Assembly: GCA_963771465.1 (NCBI GenBank)
Contig: CAVYTU010000017.1
Location: 128,001 to 192,000, forward strand
Length of the DNA stretch: 64,000 nucleotides
Reading direction: 5' to 3'
Source of the DNA: an uncultured delta proteobacterium
GTDB taxonomy: Bacteria > Desulfobacterota > Binatia > UBA9968
A program made the position numbers and the translations under genes. Position 1 is the stretch's first letter. Each line of letters starts with the position of its first letter. This document shows positions 1 through 9,681 of this stretch, one piece after another. Below the pieces are notes generated by a model that worked only from the letters and a program-made list of their open reading frames with translations, ran no database searches and was not told the DNA's origin.

Positions 1-316
1 CGAGCAGGATTCGTTGCACGATCGACGCGGTGGTTAGTAGCACGGCGGCACTGAGAATTCCCGCACCGAAGGGCGCGAGGACCAAGAATTCAAGGTAGAT
101 GACCGCAGAGGCTGCGAGAATCGTGCGCGCCAATTTAAGTCGCATGACCGGCGATACCAGACTATGCTTGGCGCTTTCGTACAGCATGCGCCAGTCGCGC
201 TCGGTATAGAGCGGTTGGTTATTGCGGTAACGGCGAATATGCACGATTCTGATGCCGAGCCACATGACGAAAAAAAATACCGGTGCTTCCGAAAGGATGT
301 ATCCCAGTTTTTCCAT
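1..316 (-). CDS. Hypothetical membrane protein (3' end runs off window)
   Basis: Manual translation from ATG 316: MEKLGYILSEAPVFFFVMWLGIRIVH...LEFLVLAPFGAGILSAAVLLTT; open to the window edge, with hydrophobic segments. Confidence 0.6.
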   Translation of the reverse strand, partial: MEKLGYILSEAPVFFFVMWLGIRIVHIRRYRNNQPLYTERDWRMLYESAKHSLVSPVMRLKLARTILAASAVIYLEFLVLAPFGAGILSAAVLLTTASIVQRILL

Positions 317-557
317 GAGTTGTCTGCGTGAATCTCGCGAAAAAGATTCTTTCTCCCGTTATTCAGTGTTCAATGCCGGGATTCTTATAAGAACAAGTGA
401 TCGTTGTCAAAGGCCGCAAATTGAGCCCGGCATAGGAAAATTTTACCTGATAACCTGAATAATTCTAGAAGCAACGGCGAAAAATTGAGCAATTATGGAT
501 ATGCACCCGAATTTCGCGCGCAACTCACGAAACGGGTAACTCACTCAGCCATCTCTA

Positions 558-1412
558 TCAGCGCCGCTCCGGCGCAATGGCGCCGAGTTTTTCCAGCACC
601 GCGGCCAGCGTCGGTCCCGGTTCCGTTTGATCCTTGAAACAGGCGAGCCGCTCGCTTACTTCCGCCGCGGCGTTGTGAAATCCGCTCGGCAAGCCGGCGG
701 CATCGAAGGCCGCCGCGATCTCTCTCATCTCGCCGACATAACGCCACATCTTCGGCGCGACATTGGCGGCGGCGCGCTCGCATTTATTTTCCAGCGCCGG
801 CTGTGAGGTGCGCCATTCTTTTAATAGCGCGTTGTCCACGCCTTCATGGGTGGCCAATGCGCGGATCGCGAGAATGAGCGCGTCGGTGCCTTTGGTCCAG
901 GCAGCGTAGACGACTTTCAGTGCGGATGCTTCGCCGGGGGTGGCGCTGATAATGCGCGCGTCCAACATGCTAGCAGAAAATAGCGCGGCGATATCTTTGG
1001 ATTTTTCACCGGAGAGATACATTCTAGTGGTGCCGGCTTTTTTCACCGGCGAGCCGATGATGCCGCCGTCGACGAAGCTGGCACCGCCTTTGGTGACGAT
1101 CTTGCCGATCTCTTCAGCAGTGGCTCGCGACACGGCGTTGGCGTCGACGTAGATACCTTTAAACTTCTGCGCTGCGACTTGCGCCGCCATATCCGCGGCG
1201 AACTCCGGCGGACAGACCGACAGTACGATATCGCTTTGAGTGACGGCAGCGGCGAGATCCCCTGCATCGATCAGGCCTGCTTGCTCGGCGCGCTTGCGCG
1301 ACTCGCCGCTGCGCTCTGCCGATGCCCATAGCACGCGCGCGCCACTGGTTGCGGCGCAAGCGCCGATGGTTGAGCCCATTTTGCCGGGATGGAGCAATGC
1401 GATGATTTTCAT
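558..1412 (-). CDS. NAD(P)-dependent oxidoreductase, 6-phosphogluconate/3-hydroxyisobutyrate dehydrogenase-like (DUF1932 C-terminus)
   Basis: N-terminal HPGKMG Rossmann motif, FVDGGIIG, ASALKVVYAAWTKG. Confidence 0.8.
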   Translation of the reverse strand: MKIIALLHPGKMGSTIGACAATSGARVLWASAERSGESRKRAEQAGLIDAGDLAAAVTQSDIVLSVCPPEFAADMAAQVAAQKFKGIYVDANAVSRATAEEIGKIVTKGGASFVDGGIIGSPVKKAGTTRMYLSGEKSKDIAALFSASMLDARIISATPGEASALKVVYAAWTKGTDALILAIRALATHEGVDNALLKEWRTSQPALENKCERAAANVAPKMWRYVGEMREIAAAFDAAGLPSGFHNAAAEVSERLACFKDQTEPGPTLAAVLEKLGAIAPERR

Positions 1413-1515
1413 AATTGGTCTCTCCTTGGAATGAAGCTAATCGAGTTATGTATCGTTAGTCAATGATTGTGGCGCTTGCCTTGACGATCTGTCAGCACGC
1501 TGATATTTCACCTGC

Positions 1516-2619
1516 ATGATCTTACTGAGCAATGAAGAAATCGAGTCCTTTCTTTCGATCAACACCTGTATCGATGCCCTCGAAAAAGCTTACGCGAGTT
1601 GGGACAAGGGCACGGCGATCAATCGTCCGCGCACCGATCTGGTAATGCCGTCGGCGAGCGAAGCGGGCGTCTATGCGTTCAAGTCCATGGAAGCCGGGCT
1701 TTACGATCCGCCGATCGTCGCCATGCGGATCAACTCCGATATCATCCGGTGGAATCAGCAGGGTAATCGCACGATCAAAACTAAAATCCCCGCGGCGCCG
1801 GGCGACAAGTACGTCGGCTTGGTCATGTTGTTTTCGACGATCACCGGCGAGCCGCTGGCGATGTTTCCCGACGGTGTGGTGCAGCGCATGCGCGTGGCGT
1901 CGAGCAGCGCGCTGGCTGCGCGTTACTTGGCGCGCGCGGACGCCAGCACCATGGCGCTCTTTGGTTCCGGATGGCAGGCAGGCAGCCACTTGCCGGCGAT
2001 GTGCGCGGTCAGAGCACTGAAGCGCGTCAACGTTTTCAGCCCGACTAAAGCGAACCGCGAAGCGTTTGTTAAAGAGATGCAGGCAAAAGTGACAGCCGAA
2101 GTGCGCGCGGTGGATTCGCCGGAAGAGGCGATACGCGGCGCCGACATCATCGCCGCGACGACCAACTCGCTCAGCCGCGTGGTCAGCGCCGACTGGGTCA
2201 AGCCGGGATTGCATTTGACCTGTGTGCGCGTTCCGGAGCTGGGTGATGATACGATCCGCAAAGTCGATCGTTTGGTGATTCACGCACACCAACACGCGCC
2301 GTTGAACTTTGTCGCCGGCTACGGCGAGGAAGGCATCGCCGCCCACGATGCGATCGACATTATCAAAAAAGGTCCGGTCCATGCCCATGAAGTCAATGTC
2401 GAGCATCCATTTTGGCTGAGCGCGCCCGATCTCAAAGATCTAGTGACCGGCAAGGCTGAGGGCCGCGTTAATGTGCAGGAATCGACTTGCTTCCTCAATA
2501 ACATCGGCATCGGCCTCCAATTCGCCGCCGTGGGCGCCGCGGTCTACAGCGAAGCCAAAGCTAAAGGCGTGGGTCGTGAATTGCCGACGGACTGGTTCTT
2601 AGAGAGCGTCCATCCTTAG
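1516..2619 (+). CDS. Ornithine cyclodeaminase/mu-crystallin family protein
   Basis: FGSGWQA, ADIIAATTNS, NNIGIGLQFAAVG motifs; 367 aa. Confidence 0.85.
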   Translation: MILLSNEEIESFLSINTCIDALEKAYASWDKGTAINRPRTDLVMPSASEAGVYAFKSMEAGLYDPPIVAMRINSDIIRWNQQGNRTIKTKIPAAPGDKYVGLVMLFSTITGEPLAMFPDGVVQRMRVASSSALAARYLARADASTMALFGSGWQAGSHLPAMCAVRALKRVNVFSPTKANREAFVKEMQAKVTAEVRAVDSPEEAIRGADIIAATTNSLSRVVSADWVKPGLHLTCVRVPELGDDTIRKVDRLVIHAHQHAPLNFVAGYGEEGIAAHDAIDIIKKGPVHAHEVNVEHPFWLSAPDLKDLVTGKAEGRVNVQESTCFLNNIGIGLQFAAVGAAVYSEAKAKGVGRELPTDWFLESVHP

Positions 2620-2717
2620 AGCCGGCAGTGACGATACTTTTGAATTTCTAACTCTCGAGTTGAGACTACTGATCGGTTTGAGTCGGCTCTCGGCGCAGCG
2701 AATTCACAATATCCACC

Positions 2718-3740
2718 GTGATCAATCAGCGCACTTACGCAGCGGCAGAGTTGGCCGCGCTGGCACTACTTTTTGCTGCGAGTTTTTGGGACCAGATTCA
2801 CGTCGGTGTCGATGGCTGGGTGATCGTCGCAACGTGGTTGTTTGTTTTGATCTTGCCGATTTCAGCGTTGCTCAGAAAACACGACTGGAAAGAATCTGGA
2901 TTCTGTCTCGATAACTTTGTTTCTGGTCTGCCTTTCACCGGCATCATCGTTGTCGTATCTGTTGCGGTGTTACTCGACATCGCAGCGCTTGTTGGAGTAT
3001 CTATTCAGACACCCACCGCGGCCAGCACCTTTCGATCGATCTCCTGGGGCTTGGTGCAGGAAGCGCTGCTGCTGGAATATTTTTTCAACGCTGGCGCGCT
3101 TTGCTGCAGAATACATGGCTTGCGGCTGCCGCCAACAGCTTGGTTTTCGGATTGTTTCATGCCCCGGAAATTGCGCTTGTCGCCGTCGCGTCGTTCGGCA
3201 GCTTTTTTTTCAATTGCCTGTTTCTCCGCAATCCGAATGTCTTCCTGATCGGCATCGCCCATGGTGTGTTTTCGATCGTGGCGCTGCCGCTCATGATTGG
3301 AACCGGTGTGATGGCGACGGGACGAATCGGGTCGGCGGAGTTGGCGCCGCTAGCGCAACGGGTCGCGAGCGAGTGGTGCGACGGCGATCGCCTCGGCATT
3401 TGTTCTCGTGTACTCTTTGAAGATCAGCTCCAATCACCTTTTGCCAAAGTGATCGAGCGGGTTTTACGGGGCAAACGCGAAACAGCGGCGATTCAAGACG
3501 CTTTGTCGCGCTATTTCGCCAGCGACCGGCGCGTTCTTCTGCCTGATCACGGAGCGTGAAGTGTCGCGTTACCGAACGGCGACGAGCGATCAAAGTATGA
3601 TGGTGTTGCAAGATTGGTATATTTGGCAGCGTTGGCGCAACCGACCTCATATGCGGAAGGGGGACTTGCTGATCGGTTTGTTTCGCGATCGCGGGTTGCT
3701 GCTGTCCAACAAGGCCGCGCCGAAAAAAATTAAGACTTAA
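2718..3740 (+). pseudogene. CPBP (Abi/CAAX) family intramembrane protease-like protein with C-terminal soluble domain; two apparent frameshifts
   Basis: ORFs 2718-3248 and 3101-3559 plus a third frame ending TAA 3740 join into one membrane protein with QE...FGLFH...IAHG motifs; shifts near 3088 and 3535. Confidence 0.55.
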
Positions 3741-3819
3741 TAAAATCCGCATTGACTACGCCAGCCAATCGCGGTAGCCGTTACTGAATCTTAGAACCGT
3801 GTTGAAAGGAGAATCTTTT

Positions 3820-4473
3820 ATGGCAGTTCGAATCAACGACGTGGCGCCGGATTTTTCGGCGGAAACGAGCGAAGGCAAAATTAATTTCCATGAATGGATC
3901 GGCGATGGCTGGGCGATTCTATTCTCGCATCCGAAGGATTTTACGCCGGTCTGCACCACCGAGCTCGGTTACATGGCGAGCCTCAAGCCCGAGTTTGAAA
4001 GGCGCAACTGCAAGGTGATCGGTCTCAGCGGCGATCCTGTAAGTGATCATACGGCGTGGGCCAAAGACATCCAGGAGACCCAGGGGCATGCGCCGAACTA
4101 CCCGATCATCGGCGATGCAGATCTCAATGTCGCCAAGCTTTACGACATGCTGCCCGCCAGCGAGACCCCTGGCAAACGCACCGCGGCGGACAACCAGACC
4201 GTGCGCTCGGTGTTCGTCATCGGCCCCGACAAAAAGGTGAAGGCGATGCTCGTCTACCCGATGACAACGGGGCGCAACTTCGACGAAGTGCTGCGCCTGC
4301 TCGATTCGATTCAGGTCACCGCTAAACATTCGGTGGCGACGCCGGTCAACTGGAAGCCGGGCCAGGACGTCATCATCCCTACATCGGTCTCCGACGACGA
4401 CGCGAAGAAAAAATACCCGCAAGGTTTTAAAACGCTCAAGCCTTACCTGCGGGTCGTGTCGCAACCGAAGTAA
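3820..4473 (+). CDS. 1-Cys peroxiredoxin (Prx6 family)
   Basis: FSHPKDFTPVCTTE, YPMTTGRNFDE; AAGGAG RBS before ATG 3820. Confidence 0.95.
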   Translation: MAVRINDVAPDFSAETSEGKINFHEWIGDGWAILFSHPKDFTPVCTTELGYMASLKPEFERRNCKVIGLSGDPVSDHTAWAKDIQETQGHAPNYPIIGDADLNVAKLYDMLPASETPGKRTAADNQTVRSVFVIGPDKKVKAMLVYPMTTGRNFDEVLRLLDSIQVTAKHSVATPVNWKPGQDVIIPTSVSDDDAKKKYPQGFKTLKPYLRVVSQPK

Positions 4474-4570
4474 GCGCCGCTTTCCATCATTAGCCAGATT
4501 GCAAAGGCGAGGGTTGCTTGGCGCATGTGCCGAAGCCCTCGCCTTTGTGTTTCGCGCTTGGCTCATTGCG

Positions 4571-5554
4571 CTATGGCAAATAGCCACGCTCGTGCCAAAA
4601 AGATTGCGCCGCAGGATGGAGCGGAACTTCGAGATGCCCTTCGGCAGTATCGGTTACGATTTGCCGCATGGGCAGTGGCTCGTCCTTGGCCCAGGGAATC
4701 CGCTCTTTGCTCTCGTCCAGGGCGCGGCAGAAATCTCTCACTAGCGCATCGGGCGTCGAGGCAATGGTGTAGATCGGCCAGCCGCTGAAGTCGAGCGTCG
4801 GAACATCGGCAGACAGTTTCGGGAAGCTGGATTTTTCAATTAAGCCGCGGCGCAGGCCGACCGAATCCAGACGCGGCAAAATCGTTTCATCCAGCGCGAG
4901 AAACGTCATGCCTAAATCTAAGGCCATGTTGCCCCAAGCGCTGGCGCCTTCGTCAAAGATCGCGTCGATCTCACCGCGCTGCACCGCGCCGATGCGATTG
5001 TCGCCATAGGGCATGCCGGCGTCGTAGCGTACTTCGCCGCCCCAGGCGGCGATGTCGGCGAGGCTGAAACCAGCGGCGGCGCAGACGTGATCGATAATAA
5101 CTTGTAGCGAGTGATCCGGTTGGCCGCGCAGCGATAACTTTAGGGGAAACTTGCGATTGCGGATATCGGTGATCGATTTCAAGCCGGTTGCTTGTCTGAC
5201 GGCGAAAACCATTTGATCTAGCGCCGGCAAGACGGCGACGATTCGCAGCGGTGTCGGTTTTTCGAACGGCGCGCTGCCCAAAGCGGCAAGTTTGAGCATC
5301 ATTCCCGGATTGATCATGGCGAATTGAACCTTGCCGGCGGCGACTTCGTGGATGGTCGCCGGACTGTCGCTGCCGAAGAGCGTCAGCGGCCAGTCCTCCG
5401 ATCCTTGCTCACGCAGGCTGATGCGGGCTTGAAGCAAATCCCAATCGCGCCGGTTGACCAGCGCCGAGGCGATCTCAAGCATCAAGCGCGAGCGTGTCGT
5501 GTGCGGATGGGTGCGCATGCGCGTGGGTTTAAGCGGAAAATCTCCATCATTCAT
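4571..5554 (-). CDS. TAXI-family solute-receptor-like protein, no obvious signal peptide
   Basis: C-terminal VPLHPAAQSFW motif typical of TAXI; paralog of 17963-18985. Confidence 0.7.
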   Translation of the reverse strand: MNDGDFPLKPTRMRTHPHTTRSRLMLEIASALVNRRDWDLLQARISLREQGSEDWPLTLFGSDSPATIHEVAAGKVQFAMINPGMMLKLAALGSAPFEKPTPLRIVAVLPALDQMVFAVRQATGLKSITDIRNRKFPLKLSLRGQPDHSLQVIIDHVCAAAGFSLADIAAWGGEVRYDAGMPYGDNRIGAVQRGEIDAIFDEGASAWGNMALDLGMTFLALDETILPRLDSVGLRRGLIEKSSFPKLSADVPTLDFSGWPIYTIASTPDALVRDFCRALDESKERIPWAKDEPLPMRQIVTDTAEGHLEVPLHPAAQSFWHERGYLP

Positions 5555-5563
5555 AAATCAGCC

Positions 5564-6535
5564 CTACTTAGCTTTGATTTCGCGATAGACTTCTCGCACC
5601 AAGGTGAAATCTGCGACCCGCGACGACGGCACGGTTTGTTTGCTGTTCGAGACTTTCAAGCTTTCATCGATGCCTGCTTGCAGTGCTTGGTCCGAAGCCA
5701 TACCGTTCTCCGACCAAGTTTTTATCGTCGAGTCGAAAGCCTTCTCGGCGACGTCTCGTTCGAGTTTCCACCTCGACATGATCAGGGCGATCGAATCATT
5801 GCGTTGCGCGCGCGCATGCGCCATGCCTCTGAACGCCACCGCGATCATTTTCTTGATCTGATCGGGGCGCTCCTGCAGCCAGCGCTCGGAGACGCCGAAG
5901 CCGCCGTTAATGCTCTCCAAGTATCCCCCATGAAGGCCAGCTTCCTAGCCCAACGTTCGCGTGATATCGACCGGGCGTTAACGTGGTCGCGTCCACGAGC
6001 CGCTCGAGCCGAGGCGGTCGGGCGTGTTGCCGATGACCCGCAGCGTTATTTCCTTTTCGACGTCGATGCCGGCGTCTTTGAGCAGGCGGCGGGATAAGAA
6101 AGATTCTCCAGAGGTGAGCGTCGCCACACCGAGGACTTTGCCTTTAAGTTCTTTGATCGAGCGAATGTCCGGCTTGGACATGAGCGAAAAGAGCGGCCGA
6201 TCGTTGTAGACCATGACTAGCTTCACCGGCAAACCGCGCACCGCGGCATTGAGCGTAGTGCCGGCGAAGATTACGTACTGTATGTCGCCGGATATCAGCG
6301 CCGTGACGGCAATTGTCGGTGGGATATTGATCAACTCAACATCCAACCCGGCTTGTTCGAAAAAGCGATTCTCTTTGGCGACGATCAGCGGAAAGGGGAT
6401 AAGGCCGCCGACCGAGTAGCCGATGCGCACGCGCTCGAGGTCGCGAGTAGCGGCGTCGGCGAGGGCCATAGCGCAGAGGATGACTAGGATTGCGATGACT
6501 GATCGGACCGATCCTATCTTGAGAAAGCGTTTCAT
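5564..6535 (-). pseudogene. ABC substrate-binding protein (NMT1/SsuA-like), frameshifted
   Basis: Signal peptide MKRFLK..., GLDVEL, IKELKGK; split into ORFs 5978-6643 and 5564-5920. Confidence 0.75.
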
Positions 6536-6536
6536 C

Positions 6537-7250
6537 TTACGGCCACCGGTTGCGGTTTTGTGGGCGCTTGGCCCAGTAGTCTTCGAACGCTCTTTGTCCG
6601 GCGCGCTCGTAGACGCGGCGGTGCGTCGCTTGATCAGCTTCATGGGCGATCACGCGTTCGGAGTATTGCAGATGCAGCACGCGACCCTCGGCAGCGGCTT
6701 TTTCCGCGGCAATGATATCTTCCAAGAACTGGCGCAGCTCGGTGGGATTGGCCATGTTGCTGCGGAAGATTAGCCGGCCATCTTTGTGGATGACGAACAG
6801 CGCATTGGGCCATAAACCATAAGCACGATGAATGCGGCCGTCGAGAGGGTCGACGAGGATCGGTAAACGCACATCTTCTAACCGCTGCAAGTCGCGTGCG
6901 TAGGCGAGCTTCTGTTCGAAGCTCGTGTGCGCGCTATAATTCTCCGCCGGATGGGATTCCCGGGTATAGAGGAGAAAGAAAGCAAATGCTTTATCGGCGA
7001 AGTCATCTTGCAGCCGATTGAGCGCTGGGACTTCAAATGCGCACATCGGGCTGGTGACAGCGCCGGTCATCATGACAACATGGCGCTGACCGCGAAAATC
7101 GCCGAGCCGGACGAGTTTGCCATTCAGCGTTGTGGCTTCGAATTCCGGCGCCGGCACGCCAACTTTCGCAGCCATCGTCTCGCCGGGATTGTTCAAGCTT
7201 GCGCCAACGGCGAACTCTTCTGAATTATAAGCGCGTTCCTGCTCGTTCAT
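6537..7250 (-). CDS. Thioredoxin-fold iodothyronine deiodinase-like protein
   Basis: APEFEATTLNG, TGAVTSPMC, YTRESHP, ILVDPLDG...AYGLWPN match the deiodinase-like layout. Confidence 0.7.
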   Translation of the reverse strand: MNEQERAYNSEEFAVGASLNNPGETMAAKVGVPAPEFEATTLNGKLVRLGDFRGQRHVVMMTGAVTSPMCAFEVPALNRLQDDFADKAFAFFLLYTRESHPAENYSAHTSFEQKLAYARDLQRLEDVRLPILVDPLDGRIHRAYGLWPNALFVIHKDGRLIFRSNMANPTELRQFLEDIIAAEKAAAEGRVLHLQYSERVIAHEADQATHRRVYERAGQRAFEDYWAKRPQNRNRWP

Positions 7251-7258
7251 TGTCGTTA

Positions 7259-8276
7259 TTAGCGGCTTTGCTCGCGATAAACGCCGATGGCTTCATGCAG
7301 CGGCCGGTTCGGTGGTGGAGAAAAGCAGCGCGGGTTTGCTCTTGGAATTCTTATGCCGGTGCCAGCTCCAGTTGGGCACGACAAAAAAATCGCCGGCGTC
7401 CCATTCCAACTTTTGGCCTTCGACTTCGCTAACGCCGCTGCCTTCGACCGCGTAGTAGAGCTGGCTCGACGTGTGGCGGTGCTCGGCGGTTTCTTTATTA
7501 CCATCAAGCATTTGTATCCAGCACGAAAACGTCGGAAACGTGGCGCCGCCAGTCACCGGATTGCGATACTCCAAACATTTGCCGTCGAAAGGGCTTTCAC
7601 TTTCGGCGAGCATTTCCTCGAGAGCTCGGCGCGTGTCGGACCCTTTGTAGACGAGTGATTTTAACGCCTGGCCCGGTGGCGCGAGCAGCCCAGGGTTCCG
7701 CTTGGTCGTGTCAACCGGGCTGTTGTAGAGCCGGACATCTTCGCCGGGATGCGGTTCCTGAAACATGGTGCGCAGCATGCGCATCAAGCCGGAGTCGAGG
7801 CCGTCGATCCAGATCGCGTCGCGCTCCGATTCGTTGATTTGATTATGCCAACCCCAACTCGGCTGGATCACCAGATCGCCGCGTTCCATGACGCATTTCT
7901 CGCCGTTGGTGATGATGTAGACTTTCTCGCCGCCGTCGATGACGAAGCGCATGGCGGCATTGGTGTGTCGATGGGAATAGACGGCTTCGCCGGCTTTGAC
8001 CAGCTGCACGGCCAGATTCAACGTGTGGCTGGTGCTCTCGTTCATATCGGGATGCACCAGGCTAATCGCCCGGCGCGCGCCTTTGTAGTTGGTCGTGATA
8101 AGTTCGCCGGCGGCTTCGAGACCGGCGCGAATCTTCGCCCATTTCCAAAGGATCGGTTTTCCGAAGGGCGCCGGCTCGCGGCGGATCGATTCCTCGCGCA
8201 CCCACAGCCCGCGCAGGTGGTCTTTCGCTAGCTCGGCGTCGAGGTTTTTTAGGTCGTTGGTTTGCGTTGGGGTCAC
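7259..8276 (-). CDS. Bicupin, gentisate 1,2-dioxygenase-like (probable frameshift near the C-terminus)
   Basis: HRHTNAAMRF, PSWGWHNQ, YRNPVTGG, HRHTSS, VPNWSWHRH; the C-terminus PLHEAIGVYRE lies in another frame ending 7259. Confidence 0.8.
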
Positions 8277-8287
8277 GATTCACTCCT

Positions 8288-9487
8288 CTATTGCGCCGCG
8301 AGATGAAAATACCTGACGGCATTGCCGACGGTCATCTGCCACATTTCCGCTTCGGGTACGCCGGCAAAGTTTTCGGCGATCACTGTGCGCGAATGTGGCC
8401 AGTCAGATTCCAAATGCGGAAAGTCGCTGGCCCACATCACCTTATCGACGCCGACTTCGTGGCGCGCGATGCGCACGCCGATGGGATTGCGGTTAAACCC
8501 CCAATAGACATTTTCCTTGGCGTATTCGCTCGGCATGCGCTTGAGGCGCGGCAGACCGAGCACCCGCTCGGCCCAATATTGTTGGCGGCCGTATTCGTTG
8601 TCCATCTGATCGAGCCAATTGGGCACCCAGCCGATTTGCACTTCGGCGACGTAAATATTCAGTTTTGGGAAGCGTTCGAACACGCCGCCCCAGATCATTT
8701 GCACGATCTGTTTGCTGCCGCGAAAGCCGTATTTGTTGAAACGCTCGATTACGTCCGGCACATGGTGCTCGGGGTCGGGTTGCTTGGCATATTTAAAAGA
8801 CGGTGCGTTGACGGCGACCGCTTGGGGACCGCGGCTTCGGCGTGGAAAGCCGAATTCGACATGGATCGTCAACGCCATATCGAGATCGACGGCTGCGGCC
8901 CAGAAGCGGTCGTCAGCCGCGGTGGGATAACGGTTGCCTGCGGGAAAATTGTCGATGATCACGGTCTTGAGACCGATCTTTTGGCAATGCGTCAATTCCG
9001 CGACGGCATCATCGATGTTTGTGATCGGAGTCACACCGACACCGATCAGCCGCTCGGGCGAATACGCGCAATATTCTTCCGCCAGCCAATCGTTGTAAGC
9101 GCGCACGACGGCTTTGTAAGCATCGTCATTGCGAATACCGCGCCAGAAGCCGGGCCCGACGTTGCCGGGAAATAGCACTTCGGCATCGACCCCGTCTTCG
9201 GCCTGCTCGGTGAGCCTCTGTGCCGGCGAGCCGGTTCCCGGAGAAGTTTCATAGCTCTCGCCGGGAAGCGGATCGAAGGGCCGGCTTTTTTCGTAGGGCA
9301 AGCCGCAAGAAATATTCGAAATCAAACGTTCGAGTGGTTGGCCTTCCTGCAGCACCGCAAGGGTGCCGTCTTCGAGAGTGATTACTTTCGGCGCCCGGTC
9401 GCGAAACTTTTCCGCTACGTGCTGGCAATAACGGTCGGGGCGGATTTCCAGGTGGGAATCGGCGGAGATGCATTTGTACTTCATCAC
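8288..9487 (-). CDS. Amidohydrolase family 2 protein
   Basis: ISADSH, AYNDWLAEEYC, GVFERFPKL, WASDFPH. Confidence 0.9.
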   Translation of the reverse strand: MMKYKCISADSHLEIRPDRYCQHVAEKFRDRAPKVITLEDGTLAVLQEGQPLERLISNISCGLPYEKSRPFDPLPGESYETSPGTGSPAQRLTEQAEDGVDAEVLFPGNVGPGFWRGIRNDDAYKAVVRAYNDWLAEEYCAYSPERLIGVGVTPITNIDDAVAELTHCQKIGLKTVIIDNFPAGNRYPTAADDRFWAAAVDLDMALTIHVEFGFPRRSRGPQAVAVNAPSFKYAKQPDPEHHVPDVIERFNKYGFRGSKQIVQMIWGGVFERFPKLNIYVAEVQIGWVPNWLDQMDNEYGRQQYWAERVLGLPRLKRMPSEYAKENVYWGFNRNPIGVRIARHEVGVDKVMWASDFPHLESDWPHSRTVIAENFAGVPEAEMWQMTVGNAVRYFHLAAQ

Positions 9488-9681
9488 TAACTCCTTGGTT
9501 GAACATCGGCACGGGTGTCAACTTAAAGCGCTCGGAAGGTCGGATCATGAATACCGCGAAGTGAATTCATGCATGCGCAATATCCTACTAACAGAGTGGA
9601 GTCAAAGCTCGTTTCAGTCTGAGAAGAAATGTTCAGCTGCCCCGATTACCGTTACAACGAAGTTTTGCAGTTCCTCCACGT

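Noticed and set aside
6537-7250. Second selenoprotein (deiodinase-like)
   Set aside because: The codon at the Sec-equivalent position is AGC (Ser); no in-frame TGA
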